Assembly: GCA_964478975.1 (NCBI GenBank)
Contig: CAYZKQ010000001.1
Coordinates: 1-53,016, forward strand
Source: an uncultured Vicinamibacterales bacterium
Lineage (GTDB): Bacteria > Acidobacteriota > Vicinamibacteria > Vicinamibacterales > JAHECP01
Length of the DNA: 53,016 nt
Direction of reading: 5' to 3'
The number at the start of each line of letters is the position of its first letter. Within the stretch, counting starts at the first letter, position 1. A model generated the notes under the pieces. It saw nothing but the letters and a program-made list of their open reading frames with translations. It was not told where the DNA came from and ran no database searches. Shown here one piece after another: positions 8,631 to 16,546 of this stretch. The translations under genes and the position numbers were made by a program.

Positions 8631-10339
8631 CGCGGTTCCTCGGGCAGAAGCGTCAGGGCGCCGCGGGGGCACTCGGCGGCGCAGATGCCGCAGCCCTTGC
8701 AGTGGGCGAGGTCGATCGTGTAGCGCCCGGCGCCGTCGCGCGCGACGGCAGCGTCGGGGCAGAACACCCGGCAGTTGTCGCAGCTCGTGCACGCCCCGCA
8801 CGTCACGCAGCGCCGCGCTTCGGCGACGGCCTGCGCCCACGCGAGCCCGCCCACCACCTCGGTGAAATCGCGGACGGCCTGCGCCGGCGGGACGAGCGGC
8901 GGCCGAACGCGGGGCGCGCGCGGGACATAGAAGAAGTTGAGGTCGCCCGGCCCGACCCGCACCGCGTCCGCGGCGTCGCCGAGCGCCCGACCCGCAAGCC
9001 ACGCGTCGATCGCCTCCGCCGCGCGCCGGCCCGACCCGATCGCCTCCACCACCGTGCCCGCCCCCGTCGCCGCGTCGCCGCCGGCGAAGACCGCCGCCCG
9101 GCTCGTGCGGCCCCAGCGGTCTGCCAGCAGACGTCCGCCCGCCGCCTCGACCAGGTCCGCGACCAGCGAGGTCTCCACCTCCTCGCCGATCGCGGTGAAC
9201 GCGTGGTCGGCGGCCAGCTCGAAGGTGCTCCCCGGGATGGGCTCCGGCCGGCGCCGGCCGGACGCGTCCGGTTCCCCGGGGCGCATCCGCTGGCACTCGA
9301 CGGCGGCGAGCCGTCCGCCCCGTTCGACGAAGCGCACCGGCGCCGCGTGGAAGATGAACGCGATCCCCTCAGCTTCCGCCTGCGCGATCTCGTCGGGGTG
9401 CGCCGGCATGTCCTCGCGGGCGCGCCGATACACGATCGTCGCCGCCGCCCCCAGCCGCACCGCCGCCCGGGCCGCGTCGAGGGCCGTGTTGCCGCCGCCC
9501 ACCACGACCGCGGGGCCGCCGAGCGAGGCCGCCGATCCCGCGTTGACCTGGCGCAGAAACTCGACGCCAGACCGGACGCCGTCCAGGTCTTCCCCAGGTA
9601 CCCCGACGCGCCGGGACCGCTGCGCCCCGATCGCCACGAACACCGCCTGGGAGTCCCGCAGCACGTCGAGCGGCCGCCCGGCCTCCACCCGGACGCCGCC
9701 GACGAAGCGGATCCCCATCGCCCGCAGCAGGTTGATCTCCTCGTCCAGCACCGCGCGCGGGAGGCGGTAGGCCGGAATTCCGTAGCGCAACATGCCGCCG
9801 GGCTCGGGCATCGCGTCGACGACCGTCACCCGGTGGCCGCGCCGGGCGAGGTGGTAGGCCGCCGTCAGGCCCGCCGGTCCCGCGCCCACGACCGCCACCG
9901 CGACACCCGACCCGCCGGCGACCTCCGCGCCGGGAAACCGCCGGCGTCTGGCTTCGTCGGCAATCGCACGCTCCACGGCATGGATCGCGACCGGCTCGTC
10001 GAACGCCAGGCGGTTGCACTCGCGCTCGCACGGGTGATAGCACACGCGCCCGCAGACGCCGGGCAGCGGGTTGTGCGCCCGGATGGTGCGCCAGGCCGCC
10101 TCGGCGTCGCCCGCGGCGGCGAGCGCGAGAAACGCCCGCACGTCGGTGCCCGCCGGGCAATCGAGATTGCAGGGCGAGGGCCGGGTCACATAGACCGGCC
10201 GGAACGTGCGCCAGTGGCCCGTCTGGAGCTCCCGGGTGCTCCGGAGCGAGACGGACATCGGCGGCCCCGGCGCGACCTCGTCGACCGGCCCGATCCGAAC
10301 CGCCGCCCGTGCCGCCGCGTCGTTCACCGTGTCTGCCAT
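8627..10339 (-). CDS. GltD/NfnB-family NAD(P)H flavoprotein fused to a PorD-type 2x[4Fe-4S] ferredoxin domain
   Basis: The N-terminus has QTGHWRTFRPVY, resembling the PorD TGxWRxFxP arm. Next comes the GltD Fe-S region (CNLDCP...NPLPGVCGRVCYHPCERECNR), with FAD fold VVGAGPAGL and NAD(P)H fold VVGGGNTALD. The C-terminus has CVTCGACTSCDNCRVFCP and CKGCGICAAECP ferredoxin motifs. It is 570 aa. Confidence 0.85.
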   Translation of the reverse strand: MADTVNDAAARAAVRIGPVDEVAPGPPMSVSLRSTRELQTGHWRTFRPVYVTRPSPCNLDCPAGTDVRAFLALAAAGDAEAAWRTIRAHNPLPGVCGRVCYHPCERECNRLAFDEPVAIHAVERAIADEARRRRFPGAEVAGGSGVAVAVVGAGPAGLTAAYHLARRGHRVTVVDAMPEPGGMLRYGIPAYRLPRAVLDEEINLLRAMGIRFVGGVRVEAGRPLDVLRDSQAVFVAIGAQRSRRVGVPGEDLDGVRSGVEFLRQVNAGSAASLGGPAVVVGGGNTALDAARAAVRLGAAATIVYRRAREDMPAHPDEIAQAEAEGIAFIFHAAPVRFVERGGRLAAVECQRMRPGEPDASGRRRPEPIPGSTFELAADHAFTAIGEEVETSLVADLVEAAGGRLLADRWGRTSRAAVFAGGDAATGAGTVVEAIGSGRRAAEAIDAWLAGRALGDAADAVRVGPGDLNFFYVPRAPRVRPPLVPPAQAVRDFTEVVGGLAWAQAVAEARRCVTCGACTSCDNCRVFCPDAAVARDGAGRYTIDLAHCKGCGICAAECPRGALTLLPEEPR

Positions 10340-10347
10340 GACGGCCT

Positions 10348-10932
10348 CTATCGCCGCGCGCGGGCCGCAGAGGCCAGCGCGGGACGCCCCCGCACGGCGC
10401 CGAACGCTTCCCGCGCCGCGGCCTGATTCGCCTCCGGCTTGACCGGCACCAGCTCGGGAATGGCCTCGAGCAGGGTCTCGAGGCGGACGAGCCGCGTGAC
10501 CGCCGCGAACGCGCCGGCCATCGCCGTGTTGACGATGGGGTTCGTGCGCGTGCCGAGGCCGTGGGTGAGCGCGATCCCCGTCGCGTCGCACGTCGCCACG
10601 CTGAAGTCGTCCGGCAGGCCCAGCGCGTCGGGCCCCCGGCTGGTGTTCACGACGATCCACCCGCCCGACTTCAGCCCGGCGGTCACGTCGGTCGCCTCCA
10701 GCAAGCCGGCGTCGAGCACGATCACGTGGTCCGGCTCGTAGACCTGGTAGTGCGCCGTGATGGGCCCCTGGTCCGCGCGCAGAAACGCCGCCACTGGCGC
10801 GCCGGTCCGTTCCGCCCCGAACGCGGGAAACGCCTGCACCTGCCAGCCCTCGCGGAACAGCGCCGTCGCCAGCAGCTTCGACGCCATCACCGCGCCCTGA
10901 CCGCCGCGCCCGTGCACCCGAATCGCCACCAC
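10348..10932 (-). CDS. porG: 2-oxoacid:ferredoxin oxidoreductase gamma subunit
   Basis: Starts VAIRVHGRGGQGAVMASKLLA (GRGGQG motif) and is 194 aa, the typical gamma subunit size. GTG start lies 3 nt after the stop of the upstream gene. Confidence 0.9.
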   Translation of the reverse strand: MVAIRVHGRGGQGAVMASKLLATALFREGWQVQAFPAFGAERTGAPVAAFLRADQGPITAHYQVYEPDHVIVLDAGLLEATDVTAGLKSGGWIVVNTSRGPDALGLPDDFSVATCDATGIALTHGLGTRTNPIVNTAMAGAFAAVTRLVRLETLLEAIPELVPVKPEANQAAAREAFGAVRGRPALASAARARR

Positions 10933-10935
10933 GGA

Positions 10936-12354
10936 TCACCACCCGTCGGGAAAGCCGTCCCGCAGATACCGGTCGATCGCCCGCGCCGCCCGCCGGCCGG
11001 CCCCCATCGCCGAAATCACCGTCGCGCCGCCCGTGACGATGTCGCCCCCGGCGAAGACGCCTTTCTTATAGGTCGCGCCCGTCCGCTCGTCGGCCTCGAT
11101 GTAGCCGCGGCGGTTCACCCGGAGGTCCGGCGTCGTGGACCGGATGAGCGGGTTCGCGCCCTGGCCGACCGCGAACACCACCGTGTCGACCTCGAGGTCG
11201 AACTCCGACCCGGGCACCGGGACGGGGCTCCGGCGGCCGGAGGCGTCCGGCTCGCCGAGCGCCATCCGGATGGCGCGCATCGCGCGCACGCGCGACCGCT
11301 CGTCGCCGAGGATCGCGACCGGCGCCGCCAGCAGGATGAACTCGACCCCTTCTTCTTCGGCGTGCGCGATCTCTTCCTCGCGCGCCGGCATTTCGTCGCG
11401 GGAACGCCGGTAGACCAGATACGCGTGCTCGGCGCCGAGCCGGAGCGCGGTCCGGACCGCGTCCATCGCCGTGTTGCCCCCGCCCACCACCGCGACCCGG
11501 CGCCCCCGGACGATGGGCGTGTCAGTTTCCGGAAAGCGGTAGGCCTGCATCAGGTTCGACCGCGTCAGGAACTCGTTCGCCGAGTAGACCCCGACCAGGT
11601 TGATGCCGGGAATCTCGGGGAAGAACGGCAGGCCGGCGCCCGTGCCGATGAACACCGCCTCGTACCCGAGCTCGCTCATGAGCTCGTCGACCGTGAACGT
11701 CCGCCCGATGACGTGGTTCGTCCGGATCTCCACGCCCAGGCGCTTGAGGGCCTCGATCTCGCGCTCGACGATCGCTTTCGGCAGCCGGAACTCGGGGATC
11801 CCGTACATCAGGACGCCCCCCGGCTTGTGGAGCGCCTCGAAGATCGTCACGCTGTGGCCCAGCCTGGCCAGGTCCGCCGCGACCGTCAGGCCCGCCGGAC
11901 CGGATCCCACGACCGCCACGCGGTGTCCCGTCGGCGGCGGCGGCGGCCCGGTGTCCGACCAGTTCATCGCCGCGGCATAGTCCGCGACGAACCGCTCGAG
12001 CCGCCCGATGGCGACGGGCTCGAACTTCACGCCCAGCGTGCATCGTTTCTCGCACTGGTCTTCCTGCGGGCACACGCGCCCGCAGATGGCCGGGAGCACG
12101 TTCTTCTCGTAGACCGTGCGAAACGCCGCCTCGAACGCGCGCTCGGCCACCTGCTGGACGAACCGGGGAATGTCGATTTCCACGGGACACCCGGCGACAC
12201 ACGGCTGGTTCTTGCAGAGGATGCAGCGATTCGCTTCCTGCACGGCGAGGTCCGGGGTGTACCCGGTGGCGACTTCCTCGAACCGCCGCCGCCGCACCTC
12301 GGGGTCGAGGCACGGCATCGGGGTTTTCGTCTTCTGCCCGATCTTCTTCGCCAC
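10936..12354 (-). CDS. NADPH-dependent glutamate synthase small-chain-like oxidoreductase (NfnB/SudA/GltD family)
   Basis: Fe-S motifs CILCKNQPCVAGCP and CGRVCPQEDQCEKRC. Dinucleotide folds VVGSGPAGL and VVGGGNTAMD. It is 472 aa. Confidence 0.9.
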   Translation of the reverse strand: MAKKIGQKTKTPMPCLDPEVRRRRFEEVATGYTPDLAVQEANRCILCKNQPCVAGCPVEIDIPRFVQQVAERAFEAAFRTVYEKNVLPAICGRVCPQEDQCEKRCTLGVKFEPVAIGRLERFVADYAAAMNWSDTGPPPPPTGHRVAVVGSGPAGLTVAADLARLGHSVTIFEALHKPGGVLMYGIPEFRLPKAIVEREIEALKRLGVEIRTNHVIGRTFTVDELMSELGYEAVFIGTGAGLPFFPEIPGINLVGVYSANEFLTRSNLMQAYRFPETDTPIVRGRRVAVVGGGNTAMDAVRTALRLGAEHAYLVYRRSRDEMPAREEEIAHAEEEGVEFILLAAPVAILGDERSRVRAMRAIRMALGEPDASGRRSPVPVPGSEFDLEVDTVVFAVGQGANPLIRSTTPDLRVNRRGYIEADERTGATYKKGVFAGGDIVTGGATVISAMGAGRRAARAIDRYLRDGFPDGW

Positions 12355-12357
12355 GGT

Positions 12358-13209
12358 TCACCTCGGCATCAGCGCCGGCGTCTGCGGGGGAGCCTGGCAC
12401 CGCTCGAGCGCCAGGCGCTCCTGCTCGCGATAGGCCGTGAGGCGCGCGGCGAGCTCGGCGAAATCCACCTGGTGACCGTCGAACTCCGGCCCGTCGACAC
12501 AGACGAACTTCGGCCGCCCGCCCACCGTCACCCGGCAGCCGCCGCACATGCCGGTGCCGTCGATCATGATGGGGTTGAGGCTGACGATCGTCTTGAGGCC
12601 CAGCGGCCGCGTCAGCTCGCACACCGCGCGCATCATCGGGAGCGGCCCGATGGCGACCACCTCGTCGAAGCGACAGCCCTCGCGCAGCAACGCGCGCAGC
12701 GCGTCAGGGACGAGGCCGGGCATCCCGTACGACCCGTCGTCCGTCGTCACGATGACGCGGTCGGCCACGGCCCGCATCTCCGCTTCGAGAATCACGAGCG
12801 CGCGGGAGCGGGCCCCGATGACCGCCGTCACGCGGCCGCCGGCCGCCTTGAAGCCGCGCGCGATGGGGTAGGCCACGGCCGCGCCGATGCCGCCCCCGAT
12901 CGCGCACACCGAGCGGCCCGGCGCGATCTGCGTCGGCTGGCCCAACGGCCCGGCGATGTCGAGAATCGTGTCGCCCGGCTCGAACGCGTTCAGCTCGCGC
13001 GTCGTCTTGCCGACACCCTGGACGATGAGCGCGATCGCCCCGCTCGGCGGGTCCGCGTCGGCGATCGTGAGGGGAATGCGCTCCCCCGTTTCCCGGAGAC
13101 GGACGATCACGAACTGGCCGGGGCGGCGTTTGCGGGCGATGTGCGGGGCGTCGATCCAGAAGCGGACGATGTCGGGTGCAAGCACCTGCTTGCTGAGGAT
13201 ACGGTGCAC
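12358..13209 (-). CDS. Ferredoxin-NADP+ reductase-like FAD/NAD(P)- and [2Fe-2S]-binding protein (NfnA/SudB/PyrK family)
   Basis: VHRILSKQVLAPDIVRFWIDAP aligns with the usual N-terminus of NfnA/PyrK. C-terminal cluster motif GTGMCGGCRV...FVCVDGPEF. GTG 13209 was chosen as the start because the upstream part of the ORF is low-complexity. Confidence 0.8.
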   Translation of the reverse strand: MHRILSKQVLAPDIVRFWIDAPHIARKRRPGQFVIVRLRETGERIPLTIADADPPSGAIALIVQGVGKTTRELNAFEPGDTILDIAGPLGQPTQIAPGRSVCAIGGGIGAAVAYPIARGFKAAGGRVTAVIGARSRALVILEAEMRAVADRVIVTTDDGSYGMPGLVPDALRALLREGCRFDEVVAIGPLPMMRAVCELTRPLGLKTIVSLNPIMIDGTGMCGGCRVTVGGRPKFVCVDGPEFDGHQVDFAELAARLTAYREQERLALERCQAPPQTPALMPR

Positions 13210-13407
13210 GAGGCCCCCCGGGGTCGCTGGACAGGCGGGCGCCGGACACCCGGCGCCTCCCTTCCCGCCACTCTTCCGGGCAGCAAGCGGGATACCAGGT
13301 GGGGGCGGGGGGACGGCCGGCCCGGCCAGGCCAGCGCGGGGCTGTCGGCCCGCCGAAGGCGCCCAGGCGTGCCCGTGCCCGGGCGCCGCTGATTCTTTCG
13401 GCGTCGC

Positions 13408-13469
13408 GTGCCGGCTTTCCGGCACCCCGGATCGGAACGTTTGCGCGGGCGGGCGCGGGTTTTCCCGCG
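13408..13469 (-). terminator. Two GC hairpins downstream of the M20 gene (possible terminator / operon boundary)
   Basis: CGCGGG-TTTT-CCCGCG lies at 13454-13469, 5 nt after the stop codon. GTGCCGG-CTTT-CCGGCAC lies at 13408-13425. Neither has a U-tract. Confidence 0.3.
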
Positions 13470-13474
13470 GGGCC

Positions 13475-14986
13475 CTACCGCTTCCGATAGTCGAGGGGCG
13501 GGGGACGGTCGCCGACGAGCGGCCGGTAGACGAAGTCGGGGCCGACCCGGGCCTGGTACTCGGCCCGTGCCTTCGCGAGCAGCGCCGGATTGGTGAACAG
13601 GTCCGCCGCCGTGAGGGCCAGGGTCTTCGCCGCCACCAGCATGCCCTTGACCCCGATGCTCGTCCCGCCGGCGGCGATCGCCTGCCAGGAATGCGCCGCC
13701 GTGCCCGGCACCCACGTGGCCGCTCGCAGCCCCGTGGTCGGCACCACCCAGCTCACGTCCGCGACGTCGGTCGACCCGCCGGCTTCCTTGATCGCGAACG
13801 GCTCGATCGCGGCGGCGGTCTCGATCGGCGGCGCCTCGGGCGGCAGCGAGCGCCGCAGCGTCTCGGCGAAAGCGCGCTCCTCGGGGGAGTAGGTGACTCC
13901 GCCGACCCGGCGGAGGTTGTCGTCCATGACCCGCGCGAGCGCCTCGTTCGGCAGGATCGCGTAGATCCCGTGGATGACTTCGTGGTCCACGCTCGTGCCC
14001 GTCCCCATCGCGGCGCCCTCGGCCGCTTTGACGACGCGGTCGAAGATTTCCGCAACCTGGCGCGGGTCGGGGTGGCGCACGTAGTAGAAGACCTCCGCGA
14101 AGTCCGGGACGACGTTGGGCGCCGCGCCGCCGTTCGTGATGACGTAGTGGATGCGCGTGTCTTCGGGGACGTGCTCGCGCATCAGGTTGACCATATAGTT
14201 CATCGCTTCGACGCCGTCGAGCGCCGACCGCCCGCGCTCCGGGGCGGCCGCCGCGTGCGCCGAGACGCCGCGGAACCGGAACTTGGCGGACTTGTTGGCG
14301 AGCGAGCTCCCGGGGCTCGCGTCGTTGCGGTCGGCCGCGTGCCAGTGCAGAACGGCGTCGACATCCTTGAACAGGCCCGCGCGGACCATGTACACCTTGC
14401 CGGCGCCCCCTTCTTCGGCGGGGGTGCCGTAGAGGCGCACCGTCCCCGGCGTGCCCGTCCGCGCGAGCCACTCCTTGACCGCGATGGCCGCGGCCGTCGA
14501 CCCGGTGCCGAACAGATGATGGCCGCAGGCGTGTCCGGCCTCCTTGTGGGGGAGAGGTTTGCGCTCGGGCACGGCGTCCTGCGTGATGCCCGGGAGCGCG
14601 TCGAATTCCGCGAGGATGGCGATGACGGGCTTCCCCCGCCCGAAGCTCGCCACGAAGGCCGTGGGCATGCCCGCCACGCCCGCCTCGACGCTGAACCCGG
14701 CCGCCCGGAGCTCGGCCTGGAGCAGGGCGGAGCTCTCGACTTCTTGATAGCCGACTTCGGCCAGCTCCCAGATGCGGGTGGCGACCTCGGCGTAGTGCGC
14801 GGCGCGCGCCTCGATCGAGGTCACGAGCGCCTGCCGGTCGGGCGCGAGGCTGGCGCGCGCCGGGTCGACTTGCGCCGTGGCGACCGCCGCCGGGAGCGCG
14901 ACGAGCGCCGCCACCACGCCGCCGCCCGCGGCGCGCCACGCCCGGGCGAGGGCCCACCGAACCGCCAGTTCGCGTGCGCACGTCAT
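13475..14986 (-). CDS. M20-family amidohydrolase (AbgB / aminobenzoyl-glutamate utilisation-like), secreted
   Basis: GGAGGA RBS 5 nt before ATG 14986, followed by a signal-like N-terminus. Metal-site motif GHACGHHLFG, and overall M20D-like sequence (TPAEEGGAGK, FRGVSAHAAAAPERGRSALD). Confidence 0.85.
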   Translation of the reverse strand: MTCARELAVRWALARAWRAAGGGVVAALVALPAAVATAQVDPARASLAPDRQALVTSIEARAAHYAEVATRIWELAEVGYQEVESSALLQAELRAAGFSVEAGVAGMPTAFVASFGRGKPVIAILAEFDALPGITQDAVPERKPLPHKEAGHACGHHLFGTGSTAAAIAVKEWLARTGTPGTVRLYGTPAEEGGAGKVYMVRAGLFKDVDAVLHWHAADRNDASPGSSLANKSAKFRFRGVSAHAAAAPERGRSALDGVEAMNYMVNLMREHVPEDTRIHYVITNGGAAPNVVPDFAEVFYYVRHPDPRQVAEIFDRVVKAAEGAAMGTGTSVDHEVIHGIYAILPNEALARVMDDNLRRVGGVTYSPEERAFAETLRRSLPPEAPPIETAAAIEPFAIKEAGGSTDVADVSWVVPTTGLRAATWVPGTAAHSWQAIAAGGTSIGVKGMLVAAKTLALTAADLFTNPALLAKARAEYQARVGPDFVYRPLVGDRPPPLDYRKR

Positions 14987-15124
14987 GGACCGTCCTCCAC
15001 GAGATGCTTCATAGTCCGGCGCAGAATAACACACCGCCGCCGCGACCCGCGGCGGCCCGCGTGGACTCGGAGCCCGGCCGAACGGGATAGAGGCGGGTCG
15101 GCCGCGCCATCATATGATGAAGAA

Positions 15125-15619
15125 ATGTCCGAGCTGAGCCTCCAGGACCGCTACGGTCCGCAGTCGACCTGCTTCGGGTGCGGGCCCGCCAACCCCCACG
15201 GCCTGCACATCAAGAGCCGGCCGGCCCCGGAAGACGACGAGGAGCTCGTCGCCGAGTGGATGCCGGAGAAGCGGTACGAGGCGTTCGACGGCTATCTGAA
15301 CGGCGGGATCATCGGGACGCTGCTCGACTGCCACTGCAACTGGACGGCCGCCTACCACCTGATGAAGAAGGCCGGGGCGGCGCACCCGCCGTTCACCGTG
15401 ACCGCCGAGTACACGATTCGGATGCGGCGCCCGACGCCTGCGACCGGTCCCGTGCGCCTCCGCGCGCGGGTGGTCGAGGCGACCGAGAACCGGGCGGTCG
15501 TCGAAGGGACGCTGGAAGCGGGGGGCGAGGTCACGGCGAGGTGCCGCGGGGTGTTCGTCGCGGTGGGTCCCGGGCATCCGGCGTTCGACCGGTGGAAGGC
15601 CGGGACCGGCGAGGGCTGA
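15125..15619 (+). CDS. Hotdog-fold (PaaI-type) thioesterase superfamily protein
   Basis: 164 aa with CFGCGPANPHGLH near the N-terminus, GGIIGTLLDCHCNW, and a C-terminal strand pattern typical of PaaI/DUF4442-like thioesterases. Confidence 0.75.
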   Translation: MSELSLQDRYGPQSTCFGCGPANPHGLHIKSRPAPEDDEELVAEWMPEKRYEAFDGYLNGGIIGTLLDCHCNWTAAYHLMKKAGAAHPPFTVTAEYTIRMRRPTPATGPVRLRARVVEATENRAVVEGTLEAGGEVTARCRGVFVAVGPGHPAFDRWKAGTGEG

Positions 15620-15634
15620 GCGGCCTCCGGGTCA

Positions 15635-15652
15635 TTGTGAAGGCGTTCACAA
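15635..15652. promoter_or_regulatory. Perfect CRP/FNR-type palindrome TTGTGAA-ggcg-TTCACAA (core TGTGA-N6-TCACA)
   Basis: Read directly from the sequence. It has 7-bp perfect arms and sits 6 nt upstream of the -35 hexamer of the suf promoter. Confidence 0.4.
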
Positions 15653-15657
15653 AAGCG

Positions 15658-15686
15658 TTGACCGGGGGATGAGGCTGCGTTAAACT
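15658..15686 (+). promoter_or_regulatory. Sigma-70-type promoter of the Rrf2-suf operon
   Basis: TTGACC (15658-15663), 17-nt spacer, TAAACT (15681-15686). It lies 26 nt upstream of the Rrf2 ATG. Confidence 0.45.
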
Positions 15687-15711
15687 CGGACTCAGCAGGT
15701 CGGATATCACC

Positions 15712-16185
15712 ATGCTGCGATTGTCCAAGCGTGCCGATTACGCGCTCATTGCGATGCGGCATCTGGCCCTCAACGCGGACCGCGGCTGGGCCAGCGCCCG
15801 GGAGATCGCCGAGGCGTACCACGTCCCGCTGGAGCTGCTGGCGAAGGTGCTGCAGCGGCTGGTGCGGAAAGGGCTGCTGGCCTCGCACCAGGGGGTCCAC
15901 GGGGGGTACGAGCTGGCGCGCCCGGCGACGCACATCTCGGTGGCGCAGGTCATCGAGGCGATCGACGGGCCGCTCACCATGACGGCGTGTTCGGAGGCGG
16001 ACGATTCGTGCGACCAGTTTCCACACTGCAACATCCGCGACCCGCTCTGGCGCATCAAGGACCGGCTGGTCGAGGCGCTCTCGACGTGCTCGATCCAGGA
16101 GATGGCGACCGAGAGCGCGCCGGCGCCGGCGGGCGGGGCGGCACCGGTGCGGGTCGTGATGGGGCCGTCGAAGGCGACGGCGTGA
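15712..16185 (+). CDS. Rrf2-family Fe-S-binding transcriptional regulator (IscR/SufR-like)
   Basis: The N-terminus MLRLSKRADYALIAMRHLA is the Rrf2 signature. Cluster ligands CSEADDSCDQFPHC. It is the first gene of the suf operon. Confidence 0.9.
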   Translation: MLRLSKRADYALIAMRHLALNADRGWASAREIAEAYHVPLELLAKVLQRLVRKGLLASHQGVHGGYELARPATHISVAQVIEAIDGPLTMTACSEADDSCDQFPHCNIRDPLWRIKDRLVEALSTCSIQEMATESAPAPAGGAAPVRVVMGPSKATA

Positions 16186-16200
16186 GGGAGCGGACGGGTC

Positions 16201-16530
16201 ATGATCCAGGTGAGCGAGAACGCGTCGCGGCAGATCGTCAAGCTCAAGGCGAAGCAGCAGTTGCCGCCGTCGGGCGGCTTGCGCGTCGGGGTGAAGGCCG
16301 GCGGCTGTTCGGGCTTCGAGTATGTCTTTGCGTGGGAGCCGGCTCCCCGCGACACGGATATCGTGGTGGAAGGGTCGGGCGGCGCGCGGGTGTTCGTCGA
16401 CCCGAAGAGTCTCCGGCTGCTCGCGGGCACGGTGCTGGACTACGACACGAGTCTGCTCAGCCGCGGGTTCGTCCTGGCGAATCCGAACGCCAAGAGCACG
16501 TGCGGGTGCGGGCAGTCGTTCAGCGTCTGA
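16201..16530 (+). CDS. sufA: A-type Fe-S cluster carrier (HesB/IscA/SufA family)
   Basis: GGCSGFEY motif and C-terminal CGCGQSF. It is 109 aa. Confidence 0.88.
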   Translation: MIQVSENASRQIVKLKAKQQLPPSGGLRVGVKAGGCSGFEYVFAWEPAPRDTDIVVEGSGGARVFVDPKSLRLLAGTVLDYDTSLLSRGFVLANPNAKSTCGCGQSFSV

Positions 16531-16546
16531 CGGGACGGAGAAGACG

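Noticed and set aside
10561-13392. 943-aa ORF on the plus strand
   Set aside because: It runs antisense to the NfnB-like and NfnA-like genes. The product is Arg/Pro/His/Gly-rich low complexity with no motifs. This is a typical GC3-driven shadow ORF.
13210-13425. N-terminal extension of the NfnA-like ORF, and a GGAGG+GTG start at 13249
   Set aside because: The extension is Pro/Gly/Ala low complexity. The RBS-associated GTG at 13249 is in a different frame whose product is junk. Family N-termini align with VHRILSKQVLAP at 13209.
12887-15619. 910-aa plus-strand ORF
   Set aside because: Only the last 164 codons (from ATG 15125) are protein-like, forming the hotdog thioesterase. The rest is antisense to the NfnA-like and M20 genes.
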